Shown: in pieces, positions 46,640 to 58,423 of the stretch
Position numbering within the stretch: the first letter of the stretch is position 1
Layout: each line of letters begins with the position of its first letter
Assembly: GCA_963709345.1 (NCBI GenBank)
Contig: CAVPVX010000010.1
Coordinates: 128,001-192,000 of the forward strand
Length of the DNA stretch: 64,000 nucleotides
Source of the DNA: an uncultured Actinomycetes bacterium
Lineage (GTDB): Bacteria; Actinomycetota; Thermoleophilia; UBA2241
Reading direction: 5' to 3'
Translations under genes and position numbers: made by a program
Notes under the pieces: generated by a model
The model's input: only the letters and a program-made list of their open reading frames with translations
Told to the model about the DNA's origin: nothing
Database searches by the model: none

Positions 46640-47899
46640 TCAAGGCCTTCGCCGACTGGTTCTGGCCCCGCCCCGTGTGAGAAGGGGTAGCGCCGCGCTC
46701 ACCTGCGGCCACGGAGGCAGGCGCCTCGACCATTCTGGCGTCAGCAGAGCGGCGAGGGGCGTGGCCAGCGGCGCGAGCATCCCGAGTACCACCGGGAGCC
46801 ATACTCCGGCGGCGAGCCCCAATGCAAGTGGCGGCAGCCAGTACCAGGCGTGGACGACCGGCAGGCAGAGGACGAGAAGGGTGAGCGACCACGCGAAGGC
46901 GGTCGCCGTGCGCTCGCGTCCGCGCAGCAGAAGCGCGAAGGCGACCGCTCCGCCCACGGTGACGGCGCCGCACAGCAGCAGAGCGACATCACGCGAGGCG
47001 ACGTGGGTCAAGAGCGAGTAGATCAGGGCTCCTCCCGTCCACGTGGAGCCGCTCTCGAAGAGCGAGCCGAAGGCGCCGCCGGTCAGCAGGTACGGCACAT
47101 AGGGGATGGCGAGGGTGGGCACGAAGCCGGCCAGAAAGCGCAGCGGCTTTGCCCGCCCGCCCAGCAGCGCCGGCACCAGAAGCACCGCCGGCGTGATCCT
47201 GAAGGCGACGGCCAGGCCCAGTACGGCGCCGGCGGCCAGGTCGCGGCGGCGCACGAGCAGCGCCGCCGCAGCGACCACGAGGAAGACGGTGACCGCCTCA
47301 AGGTGGGCCTGCCCCCAGGTCTGAAGGATGACGACCGGGCAGAGCAGGTAGAGCACGGTCGCCGCGTGCCGGCGTCGGGCGCCCGCCAGCCACCAGATGG
47401 CCGCAGCCGTGGCGAGGTCGAAGAGGCCGAAGAGGAGCTTGAGGCCCATAAGGCCGCCATCAAGAGCGGCCACTCCGAGAAAGGTCGCCTCGGCGAGAGG
47501 CGGGTACGGTGTGCGCACGCCCGGATGGTTGATCAGGTCGCGCCCGTCGTGCTCGACACCGTCGAGTGCGGGTGCTCGTGGAGTGTGCAGATACGGATTG
47601 ACCCCCGAGAGTTGCACTTTGCCGTCCCAGAGGTAGCGGACGTAGTCGTCGGAGATGCTGGGAGTGACCGGAAGGAAGATGACGCGAAGGATGACGGCGG
47701 CGATGATGACGCCGCGCAGCGGCAGTCTCGTTGCCGCCGAAGCAACGAGGGCGAAGCCCAGGCCGCTGAAGCCGTAGAATACGGTGAACCGGGTGGAGTG
47801 CTCGACGAGGTCGCCGGATGCGGCGAGCGCCACGAGCCCCGCCGCGACCGACGCCAGACCGAGGTAGGCGCGCCAGCGTGGATCATTCATCGTCGCCAT
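46640..47899 (-). CDS. Membrane GT-C glycosyltransferase (GT87 / DUF2029-like)
   Basis: SDDYVRYLWDG.V...G.NPY, T.YPPLA, multiple TM helices, VHAWY. Confidence 0.82.
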   Translation of the reverse strand: MATMNDPRWRAYLGLASVAAGLVALAASGDLVEHSTRFTVFYGFSGLGFALVASAATRLPLRGVIIAAVILRVIFLPVTPSISDDYVRYLWDGKVQLSGVNPYLHTPRAPALDGVEHDGRDLINHPGVRTPYPPLAEATFLGVAALDGGLMGLKLLFGLFDLATAAAIWWLAGARRRHAATVLYLLCPVVILQTWGQAHLEAVTVFLVVAAAALLVRRRDLAAGAVLGLAVAFRITPAVLLVPALLGGRAKPLRFLAGFVPTLAIPYVPYLLTGGAFGSLFESGSTWTGGALIYSLLTHVASRDVALLLCGAVTVGGAVAFALLLRGRERTATAFAWSLTLLVLCLPVVHAWYWLPPLALGLAAGVWLPVVLGMLAPLATPLAALLTPEWSRRLPPWPQVSAALPLLTRGGARTSRRRP

Positions 47900-48606
47900 C
47901 GTACTTCATCGTCGTGCCGGTGCTCGACGAAGCCGAGGCGCTACCGGGTCTTCTCGCGGACCTGCAGCGGCTCGGACTGCTCGAGCAGACGCTCTTCGTG
48001 GACAACGGCTCTCACGATGGGAGCCCCGACCTCGTCGTCGCGGCCGGCGGAACCGTGCTGCACGAGACCCGCCGCGGGTACGCCTACCCCTGCTTCACCG
48101 GCGCGCGCGAAGCCGCGGCGCGGGGCGCCTCGGCGGTCGTCTTCATGGAGGGGGACGGTACCGACGACCCGGCCCAGGTGCGCCACCTCGTGGGGCCGGT
48201 GCTCGCCGACGTCGCCGATCTCGTCGTGGGGTCGCGGCGCGTCGCCGTGCAGGGCGGCGACGCCGGCTCCATGCCGTGGCATCAGCGGGTCGGCAACGAG
48301 TACCTGGCTCTCGCGCTTCGCATCCTGTTCGACCTGCGGCTCAGCGACGACGGCCCGTTTCGCGCCGTTCGCCTCGACCTGCTCGACCGGTTGCGGCTCG
48401 AGGAGCGCCCGTGGGCCTTCACCACCGAGATGGCCGTGAAGGCCCGCCTCGTGGGCGCCCGGATCGCCGTCCGCGACACCAGGTACCGGGTGCGTGGCGG
48501 CCGCTCCAAGATCGCCGGCACGCTGGGCGGCACTCTGGGAGCCGTGCGCGACATCCTGTGGAGCATCCTGCGGCTGCGGCTCTTCGGCTTTCGGCCGCAG
48601 GGCTGA
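47878..48606 (+). CDS. Glycosyltransferase family 2 (polyprenol-phosphate sugar synthase-like)
   Basis: IVVPVLDE, VDNGSHDGS, RGY..C..G, EGDGTDD, DLVVGSR, D.GPFRA, YR.R.G.SKIAG. Confidence 0.88.
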   Translation: MDHSSSPSYFIVVPVLDEAEALPGLLADLQRLGLLEQTLFVDNGSHDGSPDLVVAAGGTVLHETRRGYAYPCFTGAREAAARGASAVVFMEGDGTDDPAQVRHLVGPVLADVADLVVGSRRVAVQGGDAGSMPWHQRVGNEYLALALRILFDLRLSDDGPFRAVRLDLLDRLRLEERPWAFTTEMAVKARLVGARIAVRDTRYRVRGGRSKIAGTLGGTLGAVRDILWSILRLRLFGFRPQG

Positions 48607-48674
48607 GGCCGGACGCCTCGCGCACGTCCGTCAGTGACTCCTGTGCCCGGGAGACTCCCGAGCGGTCAGTAGCC

Positions 48675-50588
48675 TCATATGCAGTCGAAGAGCGCGAGGT
48701 TCCTTTCGCCGGCGACCGCCTGACCGGTATCGCACGAGGCGCCGGCTTCGCCGGAGCAGGAGAAGACGGTGGCGGGCGGTGCTGCCGGATCGGCCGCGGC
48801 GGCCGCTTCGTCGATGAGCTGCTGCATGACCGGGCGCACCAGGTCGCAGTAGGGGAAGGGGGCCGTCAAGCCGCCCGGCTCTTCGGCAGCTCGGGCGGCA
48901 TAGTGCGCCTGCATCCAGCACTCGCCGCCGCAGGCGTCCACGACGGGGCAGCTGCGGCACTCGTTGCGGTCGCGCGCATGCATGTTGCGCAGCAGCCTCA
49001 GGGCTGGGGAGGAGCGCCAGATGTCCTCAAGGGAGGTACTGCGCAGATCGCCGGCCACGAAGGCCGGATCCCCGCAGGTGATCGGGCAAGCGTGCACGCG
49101 GCCGAAGGGGTCGATGGCGAGATCCTTGCAGCCTGAGGCGCAGAAGTCCAGAGGTGCCTTGAGGCGTCGCCGCCAAGCCGGGATGTTGTCCACGAACAAG
49201 TCAACCTCGCCCGCCGCCGTCTCCAGAGCGCGCACGCCCTGCAGCATCTCCTCGCTGCTCGGGATGAGTTCGGGGGCGTCGGGCAGGCCGCCGCGGTCGT
49301 GCGGGAAGATGAGGTGCAGGCGCGTGACTCCGGCGGCCCGCACGAGCCGCGCCATCTCGGGCAGACCCGGCAGCACCGGCCGCAGCACGACCGTGTTCAC
49401 CACCGGCGCCAGACCGGCTTCCAGCAGGTGGGCGATCGTCTCCATGACGCCGTCCCAGTTGCCGGCTCCGCGCAGCGCATCGTTGGTGGCCGGCGGACCG
49501 TCGAGGCTGAGGAGCGGCCGGAAGCGGCCGTGCCCTGCGCGCGCCAGTTCAAACGCCTTGTCGCGATCGATCCTGCGGTTGAAGAAGAGCCTGGTCTTCG
49601 CCTGTCGCGTGCCCGACGCGTAGTCGATCAGCTCGATGAGATCGCGGCGCAACAGCGGGTCGCCGCCGATGAAGACGAAGCTCTCGCCGCCCAGATCCAG
49701 GCACTGGTCGATCGCATCCTTCCAGGCCTCCGTGGAGAGCTCGTCCGGGTCGCGCGGGCTCGTCTTGTTGTAGCAGTGCGGACAATCGAGGCCGCAGCGA
49801 TTGGTCACGTGCAGGTAAGTCTCCCTGATGTGCTCAAGCGGTTCCCCGCGCGGCGGCTCACCGCCCCCCGCGCCGATGAGGCGCTCCATGAGCGGCAGGT
49901 CGGCGACCGTGTCGACGTCCACCCACAGGGGCAGCTGGTCCACGTGCAGGCCGAGCACGGCCGCCTCACGCAGCGTGAACGGCAACGCTCGAGGCGTCCC
50001 CATCGGCGTACCGGACAGGAGCCCGTTCAGTTCGTTTCCGCGGGTCTCCCACGTGGAGCGGGAGAGGCCGATGAGGTAGTAGCCGCCGTCGGTGGCCGGG
50101 CCGAGCACCAGATGTCCCTGTGCCTCTCGGCCCTCGTCGTCTGCTGCTTCCAGGAGCTCGAAGCTCCTCGCCACGTACTCCTCCGGCATGCCGGGGCTGT
50201 CGCTGCTCACGATCGTGACCCAGTGGTAGCCGGCGTGGAAGAGCTGCGCGAAGACGCTTGCGAGACGCTCACCCAGGTCGTCGCCCGTCTGACGGATGAG
50301 GGTCCACGCCGAAGGAGTCAGGCGACTCTCGGTGCTAAGTCCAAGGCTCCCCAGGTCGGGTTCACCGTCCGGGTCGCCGTCGGCGAGAGCGACGAAGAGC
50401 GTCGTGTCCGGCGCGGATTGAGCACGCACCATCGTGTCTCCGAGAAGCGTGATGTACACGTCCAGGGCGCCCTCCGCCCCGATGCCTTCGGCCAGGCGGG
50501 TCTTGACCTGGCCCGCCACAGCCCGGCGGGCCATGATCACCAGAGCGCGGCCGCGATCCGCCACGGCGTCTCGCCTTGCTCCCGCCAT
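48675..50588 (-). CDS. Fusion of a DUF2064 (CofC-like, TIGR04282-type) transferase and a radical SAM / SPASM domain
   Basis: N-terminal G.VKTRLA, Q.G.DLGERL, SDSP, LGPATDGGYYLIG, DVDT..DL; then TNRCGLDCPHC, GGDPL and SPASM cysteines C..G...C...CRSC..C.G.C. TGATG-coupled to doxX. Confidence 0.88.
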   Translation of the reverse strand: MAGARRDAVADRGRALVIMARRAVAGQVKTRLAEGIGAEGALDVYITLLGDTMVRAQSAPDTTLFVALADGDPDGEPDLGSLGLSTESRLTPSAWTLIRQTGDDLGERLASVFAQLFHAGYHWVTIVSSDSPGMPEEYVARSFELLEAADDEGREAQGHLVLGPATDGGYYLIGLSRSTWETRGNELNGLLSGTPMGTPRALPFTLREAAVLGLHVDQLPLWVDVDTVADLPLMERLIGAGGGEPPRGEPLEHIRETYLHVTNRCGLDCPHCYNKTSPRDPDELSTEAWKDAIDQCLDLGGESFVFIGGDPLLRRDLIELIDYASGTRQAKTRLFFNRRIDRDKAFELARAGHGRFRPLLSLDGPPATNDALRGAGNWDGVMETIAHLLEAGLAPVVNTVVLRPVLPGLPEMARLVRAAGVTRLHLIFPHDRGGLPDAPELIPSSEEMLQGVRALETAAGEVDLFVDNIPAWRRRLKAPLDFCASGCKDLAIDPFGRVHACPITCGDPAFVAGDLRSTSLEDIWRSSPALRLLRNMHARDRNECRSCPVVDACGGECWMQAHYAARAAEEPGGLTAPFPYCDLVRPVMQQLIDEAAAAADPAAPPATVFSCSGEAGASCDTGQAVAGERNLALFDCI

Positions 50589-51076
50589 CAGTACACCGGC
50601 AGCCGTGGGCTCGGCTTCCGGCGCGCCAGGACGGCATCCACGCCCAAAGTACGCCCCGACTGCGCGAGACCGATCGCGACCAGCAGCAAGAACATGATGA
50701 TGTAGATGCCGGGCCACTCGTTGGTCCCTGAGGTGGCGATCAGCAGATTGAGCTGAAAACCGGCGGCCAGCAGCGCCGACACCGGCGTGAAGACGCCCAG
50801 CACCAGGAAGAGGCCGAAGACCACGAGCTCGATCGCGAACTGGCCGTAGGCGAACACCCAGGCGTTGGGGATCATCACGTCGTTCAGCATGTCGGCGAAC
50901 AGGCCGACCTTGGTCGTGTCGGCGTAGTGCTGCACGAAATCGGCCCAGCCGCCGGGCGAATAGAAGCCCTTCGCAAGGTTGTCGGTCCACACGGCGATGA
51001 AGATGGCGCCCATCATGATCCGAAGGCACGCCATCAGAAGCTCGCTGCGGTGTTCCCGGGTCGTCCAGAGGCTCAT
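50588..51076 (-). CDS. DoxX / DoxD-family membrane protein
   Basis: LRI.MG.IF, EL..GL.LVLG.FT, GR.LGVD. Four TM helices. Confidence 0.85.
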   Translation of the reverse strand: MSLWTTREHRSELLMACLRIMMGAIFIAVWTDNLAKGFYSPGGWADFVQHYADTTKVGLFADMLNDVMIPNAWVFAYGQFAIELVVFGLFLVLGVFTPVSALLAAGFQLNLLIATSGTNEWPGIYIIMFLLLVAIGLAQSGRTLGVDAVLARRKPSPRLPVY

Positions 51077-51128
51077 GGTTGCTCCCCGCGTTGCTTTCAG
51101 AGGGAGCGTACCCGGGGGAGGTGCTTCG

Positions 51129-51395
51129 TCACCCTCCGGCGACCGGAGGAATGATGTCGATCCGGTCGCCGTCGGACAGCGCTGTCGCTTTGACGCCGGC
51201 CGACGGCAGGTGCCGCCCGTTGAGCACGACCGAGACGAGCAGACGGTCGCCGTAGAAGATGCGCTGCTCGTACTGCGGCGCTCGCGCCGCGACCGCGAGC
51301 AGCGCCTCTCCCACCGTCGCCGCCTTGCAGGGCACGTCGTGGGCGGGCTGCGGCGAGGTCAGGACCGCGGGGAGGTGGACAATGACGGCCGGCAT
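51129..51395 (-). CDS. MoaD / ThiS family sulfur-carrier protein
   Basis: ATVGEAL, V.LNG, LSDGDRI.IIPPVAGG with C-terminal GG. Confidence 0.9.
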   Translation of the reverse strand: MPAVIVHLPAVLTSPQPAHDVPCKAATVGEALLAVAARAPQYEQRIFYGDRLLVSVVLNGRHLPSAGVKATALSDGDRIDIIPPVAGG

Positions 51396-51417
51396 GCTCA
51401 CTGCGGGGATCCGGTGG

Positions 51418-52347
<930 letters not shown>

Positions 52348-52385
52348 CGGGTCACCGCTGGGGGTAGGTTGCTGTTGGTCTTCGA

Positions 52386-53266
52386 TTATACGTCGCCTCC
52401 CGGCGCCTCACGTGCAGGCCGAGGCTCGAGGGCACGGTTCACCTCGACGCCGACGAGCACGGCCAGGTTGAGCACCCAGGCCCAGACGAGAAAGGCGACG
52501 CCGGCGCCGAGCGTGCCGTAGACGCGGTTGTACGACGCGAAGTGACTCAGGTAGACGCTGAAACCGGCCGACGCTGCGACCCAGAGACTCACTCCGACGG
52601 CGGCGCCGGGAAGGAGCCGCCAGAAGGCGGGCTGCCGTCGCCCGGGTGCGTACCGGTACAGCAGACCGAACATGAGCAGGCCGACACCGAACAGCAGCGG
52701 CCACTTGACCCACGACCACAGATCCAGGCCGTAGGTGCCTATCCCGGTGAGGTCCGCCGCCCAGCGGCCGAACGGACCGACGAGAGCGACCATCGCCGCG
52801 GCAAGGGTCAGGAGGCCGAGCAGCAGAAGCGCCAGGGCCAGGCGTACGGGGAGGATGCGCCAGTACGGGCGCCGCTCGGTCGTCTGGTAGATGGTGTCGG
52901 ACGCCCACATGAAGGCGCCGACGTACGCCGAGGCGGCCCACAGCGACGTGGCCGCACCGACGACGAGGGCCAGGCCGGAGCTCTGAGAGCCCAGCACGCT
53001 GCCAAGCGCATCCGAGATGAAGTCCGTGGCCCAGCGCGCGCCGAGGTCGCCGACGGAATCGAGCAGGCCCTGCAGCGCATCCGTGGACAGGCCGACGACG
53101 CCGAGGAGGGCCGTCACGACGAGGAGCGCCGGCAGCAGCGAGAGCACGGTGAAGTAGGTCAGCGCCGCGGCGAGCTTGGGCAGCTCGTGGGCGAGGATGG
53201 TGTTCAGGAGCGCGACGGCCTCGCGCCACAGTCGCGCCAGCCCGGGCGTAGACGTTCGGGTGCCAC
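52386..53266 (-). CDS. YihY / BrkB family membrane protein; probable frameshift close to the start
   Basis: AAALTYF.VLSL.P, LW.AS, LYRYAP, PGA, YN..YG.LG. The open frame extends past 53147, but the GGAGG-preceded GTG at 53266 is out of frame with it. Confidence 0.8.
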
Positions 53267-53336
53267 GGTACCTCCATTGTCGAAAGACTGAGCCTAGACT
53301 ATCTCGCCGCGGCCGCGGCCGCGGCAGCCGACGCAG

Positions 53337-55373
<2,037 letters not shown>

Positions 55374-55536
55374 ACAATGCTCATACCCGGGTGCGTGCGG
55401 TCGCGCAACGCCGCCCGGTGTTCCGCTCCTGCCGCAGGGAGTCGTATACTTACTGTTCACGGTGTGCTTTCGGGGATTCTCCATCGCCGCCGGGCCGAAC
55501 GCGGCACGGGAGGAGGGGTCGGCCATCAGCACCAAA

Positions 55537-56526
55537 GTGGTGTCGGGAGTTCTGCTTGCGACGCTGGTGTCGGTCGCGGTCCTTCTGGTAGCGCCCGGCT
55601 CCGCAACGGCGCCCACGGCGGTCGCGGCTTCCTACCCGCCCTACCCGTCACGGCTGATCGTGAAGTCGGAGCTGCGGTACAAGGCCGATCTCATGCAGCG
55701 TGGTCTGTCCAGTTCGCCGCAGCTCATCTTCTTCGGCGGCTCCCGCAGCCAGCGCTTCGACCCGGCGTTCGCGCGCAAGCGCACGGGGCTGCGCTCCGCC
55801 AACCTCGCGCACAGCAATGCGCGCCCCGAGGCTGCCTGGGCATACGTCAACTGGATCTACAAGCGCTGGCCGAACGCCAAGCTGCGCTGGGTGTGGGGCG
55901 TGCAGCCCACCATGATCCGTGACCGCGACATGGACCCGGCACTGCTGCAGGACCGCCGCTTCTACCGGTGCTTCCCCGCGGACCTGCTGGCCGCGCAGCG
56001 CCGTCTGCTCCCCGGCAGCGTCTCGGCGATGCCGCGCTTCTACGGCTTCCAGCGCAACCGCTATTCCGACCTCGGTCTGCTCAAGTGGAACGTCTACGAC
56101 GCGCGCCGCGCCGCCGGGTACACGCTCGACCGCTCGCTCGACGCCTACATCGCGAAGATGCTGCGCCCCTCGCACCAGGAGCCGCGGCAACAGACGGGGC
56201 GCGCACGCGACTACTTCGAGAAGACGATCAAGCTGCTGAACGAGCACGGGACCACGCCCGTGCTCGTGCTGATGCCGACGCACCCGCGCGTCCTCCGAGT
56301 GATCAAGGAGCACGGCCTGGGCGGCTCGCGCGAGGCGCTGCGCGACTACCTCTTGAGCCTCGCCGAGGACACCGAGAACTACGACGTGCAGGTACTCGAC
56401 TTCACGCGCATCCAGTCGTTCAACGGCGAGTCGCGGTGGTTCTACGACGGTGTTCACATCACGCGGCTCAACGCCAATCGCGTCATCACGGCGATCAGGT
56501 ACAAGGCGCGCGACTGCCTCAAGTAG
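55537..56526 (+). CDS. Secreted SGNH-hydrolase-like protein
   Basis: Signal peptide, FFGGSRS (block I), FYDGVH (DxxH). Start uncertain. Confidence 0.6.
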   Translation: MVSGVLLATLVSVAVLLVAPGSATAPTAVAASYPPYPSRLIVKSELRYKADLMQRGLSSSPQLIFFGGSRSQRFDPAFARKRTGLRSANLAHSNARPEAAWAYVNWIYKRWPNAKLRWVWGVQPTMIRDRDMDPALLQDRRFYRCFPADLLAAQRRLLPGSVSAMPRFYGFQRNRYSDLGLLKWNVYDARRAAGYTLDRSLDAYIAKMLRPSHQEPRQQTGRARDYFEKTIKLLNEHGTTPVLVLMPTHPRVLRVIKEHGLGGSREALRDYLLSLAEDTENYDVQVLDFTRIQSFNGESRWFYDGVHITRLNANRVITAIRYKARDCLK

Positions 56527-56571
56527 CGGCTTTCCCCGCCACCGGCGTCGCCGTTCCGGCCGCCGCCGGCT

Positions 56572-57246
56572 CTACTCTGCGCCGCCGGCGGCCGGCCCCT
56601 TCGCCGAGGTTCCCTCACCACGCACCGCGGCCAGGCGCTCCTTGAATCCCGTCTCCTCGAAGATCGTCTGCACTTCCCTCACGACGTCGTCCGGAGGGTA
56701 CAGGTCGCCGAGGCCGAGTTCCGTACGGATCTCGAGGAGATGCTCCATGTAGCAGGTCCACTTCTCGCCCCACGCTTCCTTCACGGCGGGGAACATGAGG
56801 TGTGGATCGCCGCCCATGCCCTTGTCGTAGAAGTTGCCGCACCACTCCGCGAACATCTCGACGTGCGGGCGGCCGCGGCCGCTCTCGACCTGCATGCCGC
56901 GGACGACCTGGTTGATGACCGCCACGCTGTTGTGGCGCGGGCAGCGGCTCTGGCAGGTGTAGCAGTAGTAGCAGTACCAGATGTCGTCGTCCTCCAGCAG
57001 GCTCACGTCGCCTTCGAGCGCGCGGCGCGCCGTCTCGCGCGGCGAGTAGTCGGTGAAGCGCGCCGCAGGACAGCCCGACGTGCAGATGCCGCACTGGATG
57101 CAGCTCTGAAAGCCCTCCTTGTGATCGTGCATGCGCGGGTCCTCGAGGATGCGCCGCCCCAGCTCCGGATCGCGTCGCGGCGCTGCCGCGAACCTGTCGT
57201 CGGCGATACCGGCGTTCGCCCGGTCGTCTCGCGTGTCGTCAGTCAT
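56572..57246 (-). CDS. hdrC: Heterodisulfide reductase subunit C-like 2x[4Fe-4S] protein
   Basis: CIQCGICTSGCP and IWYCYYCYTCQSRCPR. Confidence 0.88.
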   Translation of the reverse strand: MTDDTRDDRANAGIADDRFAAAPRRDPELGRRILEDPRMHDHKEGFQSCIQCGICTSGCPAARFTDYSPRETARRALEGDVSLLEDDDIWYCYYCYTCQSRCPRHNSVAVINQVVRGMQVESGRGRPHVEMFAEWCGNFYDKGMGGDPHLMFPAVKEAWGEKWTCYMEHLLEIRTELGLGDLYPPDDVVREVQTIFEETGFKERLAAVRGEGTSAKGPAAGGAE

Positions 57247-58423
57247 CGGGGCGCTCCTCGGGGATGTGCTCGACTGCCCGGAAGAACTCGGGCCAGAGGT
57301 GGACGGGGACGGTGAGCCTGAGCTCGCGCGCCGCGGACCGCAGGTTGTCGCGGCAGAGCACGCAGGTGGTCACCACCGGCGCCTGCGACGCCGCGGCGAA
57401 CTCCAGGAGCCGCGCGCTCGCCTTGGTGGCGCCGCGGTACATCCCGCCGAGCGCCCCACAGCAGCCGCTGTGCAGCGTGGGGTAGTCGACGGCCATGGCG
57501 GCGCCGGACTGCTCGGCGGCGTCGCCGAGCGCGGCCAGCGCCGCGTCGCGATCGGCGAGGCAGCCGACGTAGGGAACGAAGGTCGCGCCGGACGCCCGCA
57601 GCGTGATACGCGGGCTGCGGGCGGCGCGCTCTGTGAGCGCGTCCCAGAGCGGCACGGCCTCGACGCCGGCCTCCTCGAGGCTGGCGTCGCACGCCGGGCA
57701 CGCCGTGTAGACGCGCTCGTCGGACGCGAAGAGGCTGGCGACGGATCCACGGCTGGGATGGCCGCAGCAACCTGCGTCCGTAGGCTCGCCCAGACGGACG
57801 CCGAACCCGGCGGCCACTTCGTGAACGAGCGCGTGAAGCTTGCGGTCCTGCGGTATGGCGCAGCCGGCGTAGAAGGGCAGCGTCACGGCATCGCCGGCGG
57901 CCGGCCCGGCGTCGCCTGCCCGCCGCCGCCCGCCCAGCGGAAGCAGCTGGCCGGCGAGCTTCACGCCCATCTCCACTGCGCCGATCTTGTCCTTGGGCAG
58001 GTGGCCCTTGACGACCATGGCCGCGCCGAAGCGCAGGTTGTCGATGCGCGGCCGCTTGCGCAGGTGATGAGCGGCGACGTTCGCGGCGGTGCGCTCGGCG
58101 CAGCGGATCGCGTCGCCGTGCTCCTGTTCGAGCCGCCGCAGCCGGCTGAGGATCGACGCGACGTCGATGCCCATCCGGCAGACAGCGGAGCAGGTTCCGC
58201 ACTCCGTGCAGCGCCAGAGGTCGTCGCTCTTCAGCACCGCGTCGATCTCCCCGGCGAGGACGAGCCGCACGATGCGCCGTGGGCCACGGTAGAGATCGCG
58301 TGCGCTCGGGCAGCTCGAGGTGCAGGTGCCGCACTGGTAGCAGATGCGGCATTCCTCCGCGAGGCGAGCGAACTCCTCGACGACGGTGGGTGGGTACGCG
58401 CGGGTATCAGCGACCGCAGTCAT
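57239..58423 (-). CDS. HdrC-HdrB (HdrD-like) fusion: 2x[4Fe-4S] plus two CCG domains
   Basis: CYQCGTCTSSCP, LWRCTECGTCSAVC; YAGC..CCG..CPAC and YVGC..CCG..CVLC. Confidence 0.82.
   Translation of the reverse strand: MTAVADTRAYPPTVVEEFARLAEECRICYQCGTCTSSCPSARDLYRGPRRIVRLVLAGEIDAVLKSDDLWRCTECGTCSAVCRMGIDVASILSRLRRLEQEHGDAIRCAERTAANVAAHHLRKRPRIDNLRFGAAMVVKGHLPKDKIGAVEMGVKLAGQLLPLGGRRRAGDAGPAAGDAVTLPFYAGCAIPQDRKLHALVHEVAAGFGVRLGEPTDAGCCGHPSRGSVASLFASDERVYTACPACDASLEEAGVEAVPLWDALTERAARSPRITLRASGATFVPYVGCLADRDAALAALGDAAEQSGAAMAVDYPTLHSGCCGALGGMYRGATKASARLLEFAAASQAPVVTTCVLCRDNLRSAARELRLTVPVHLWPEFFRAVEHIPEERPDD

Noticed and set aside
48660-48680. Selenocysteine read-through of the TGA ending the radical SAM fusion
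   Set aside because: A second in-frame TGA follows after two codons and I see no convincing SECIS.
53306-53325. GCCGCG-repeat palindrome
   Set aside because: A single GC hairpin downstream of the kinase stop. It is not an array or a recognisable element.
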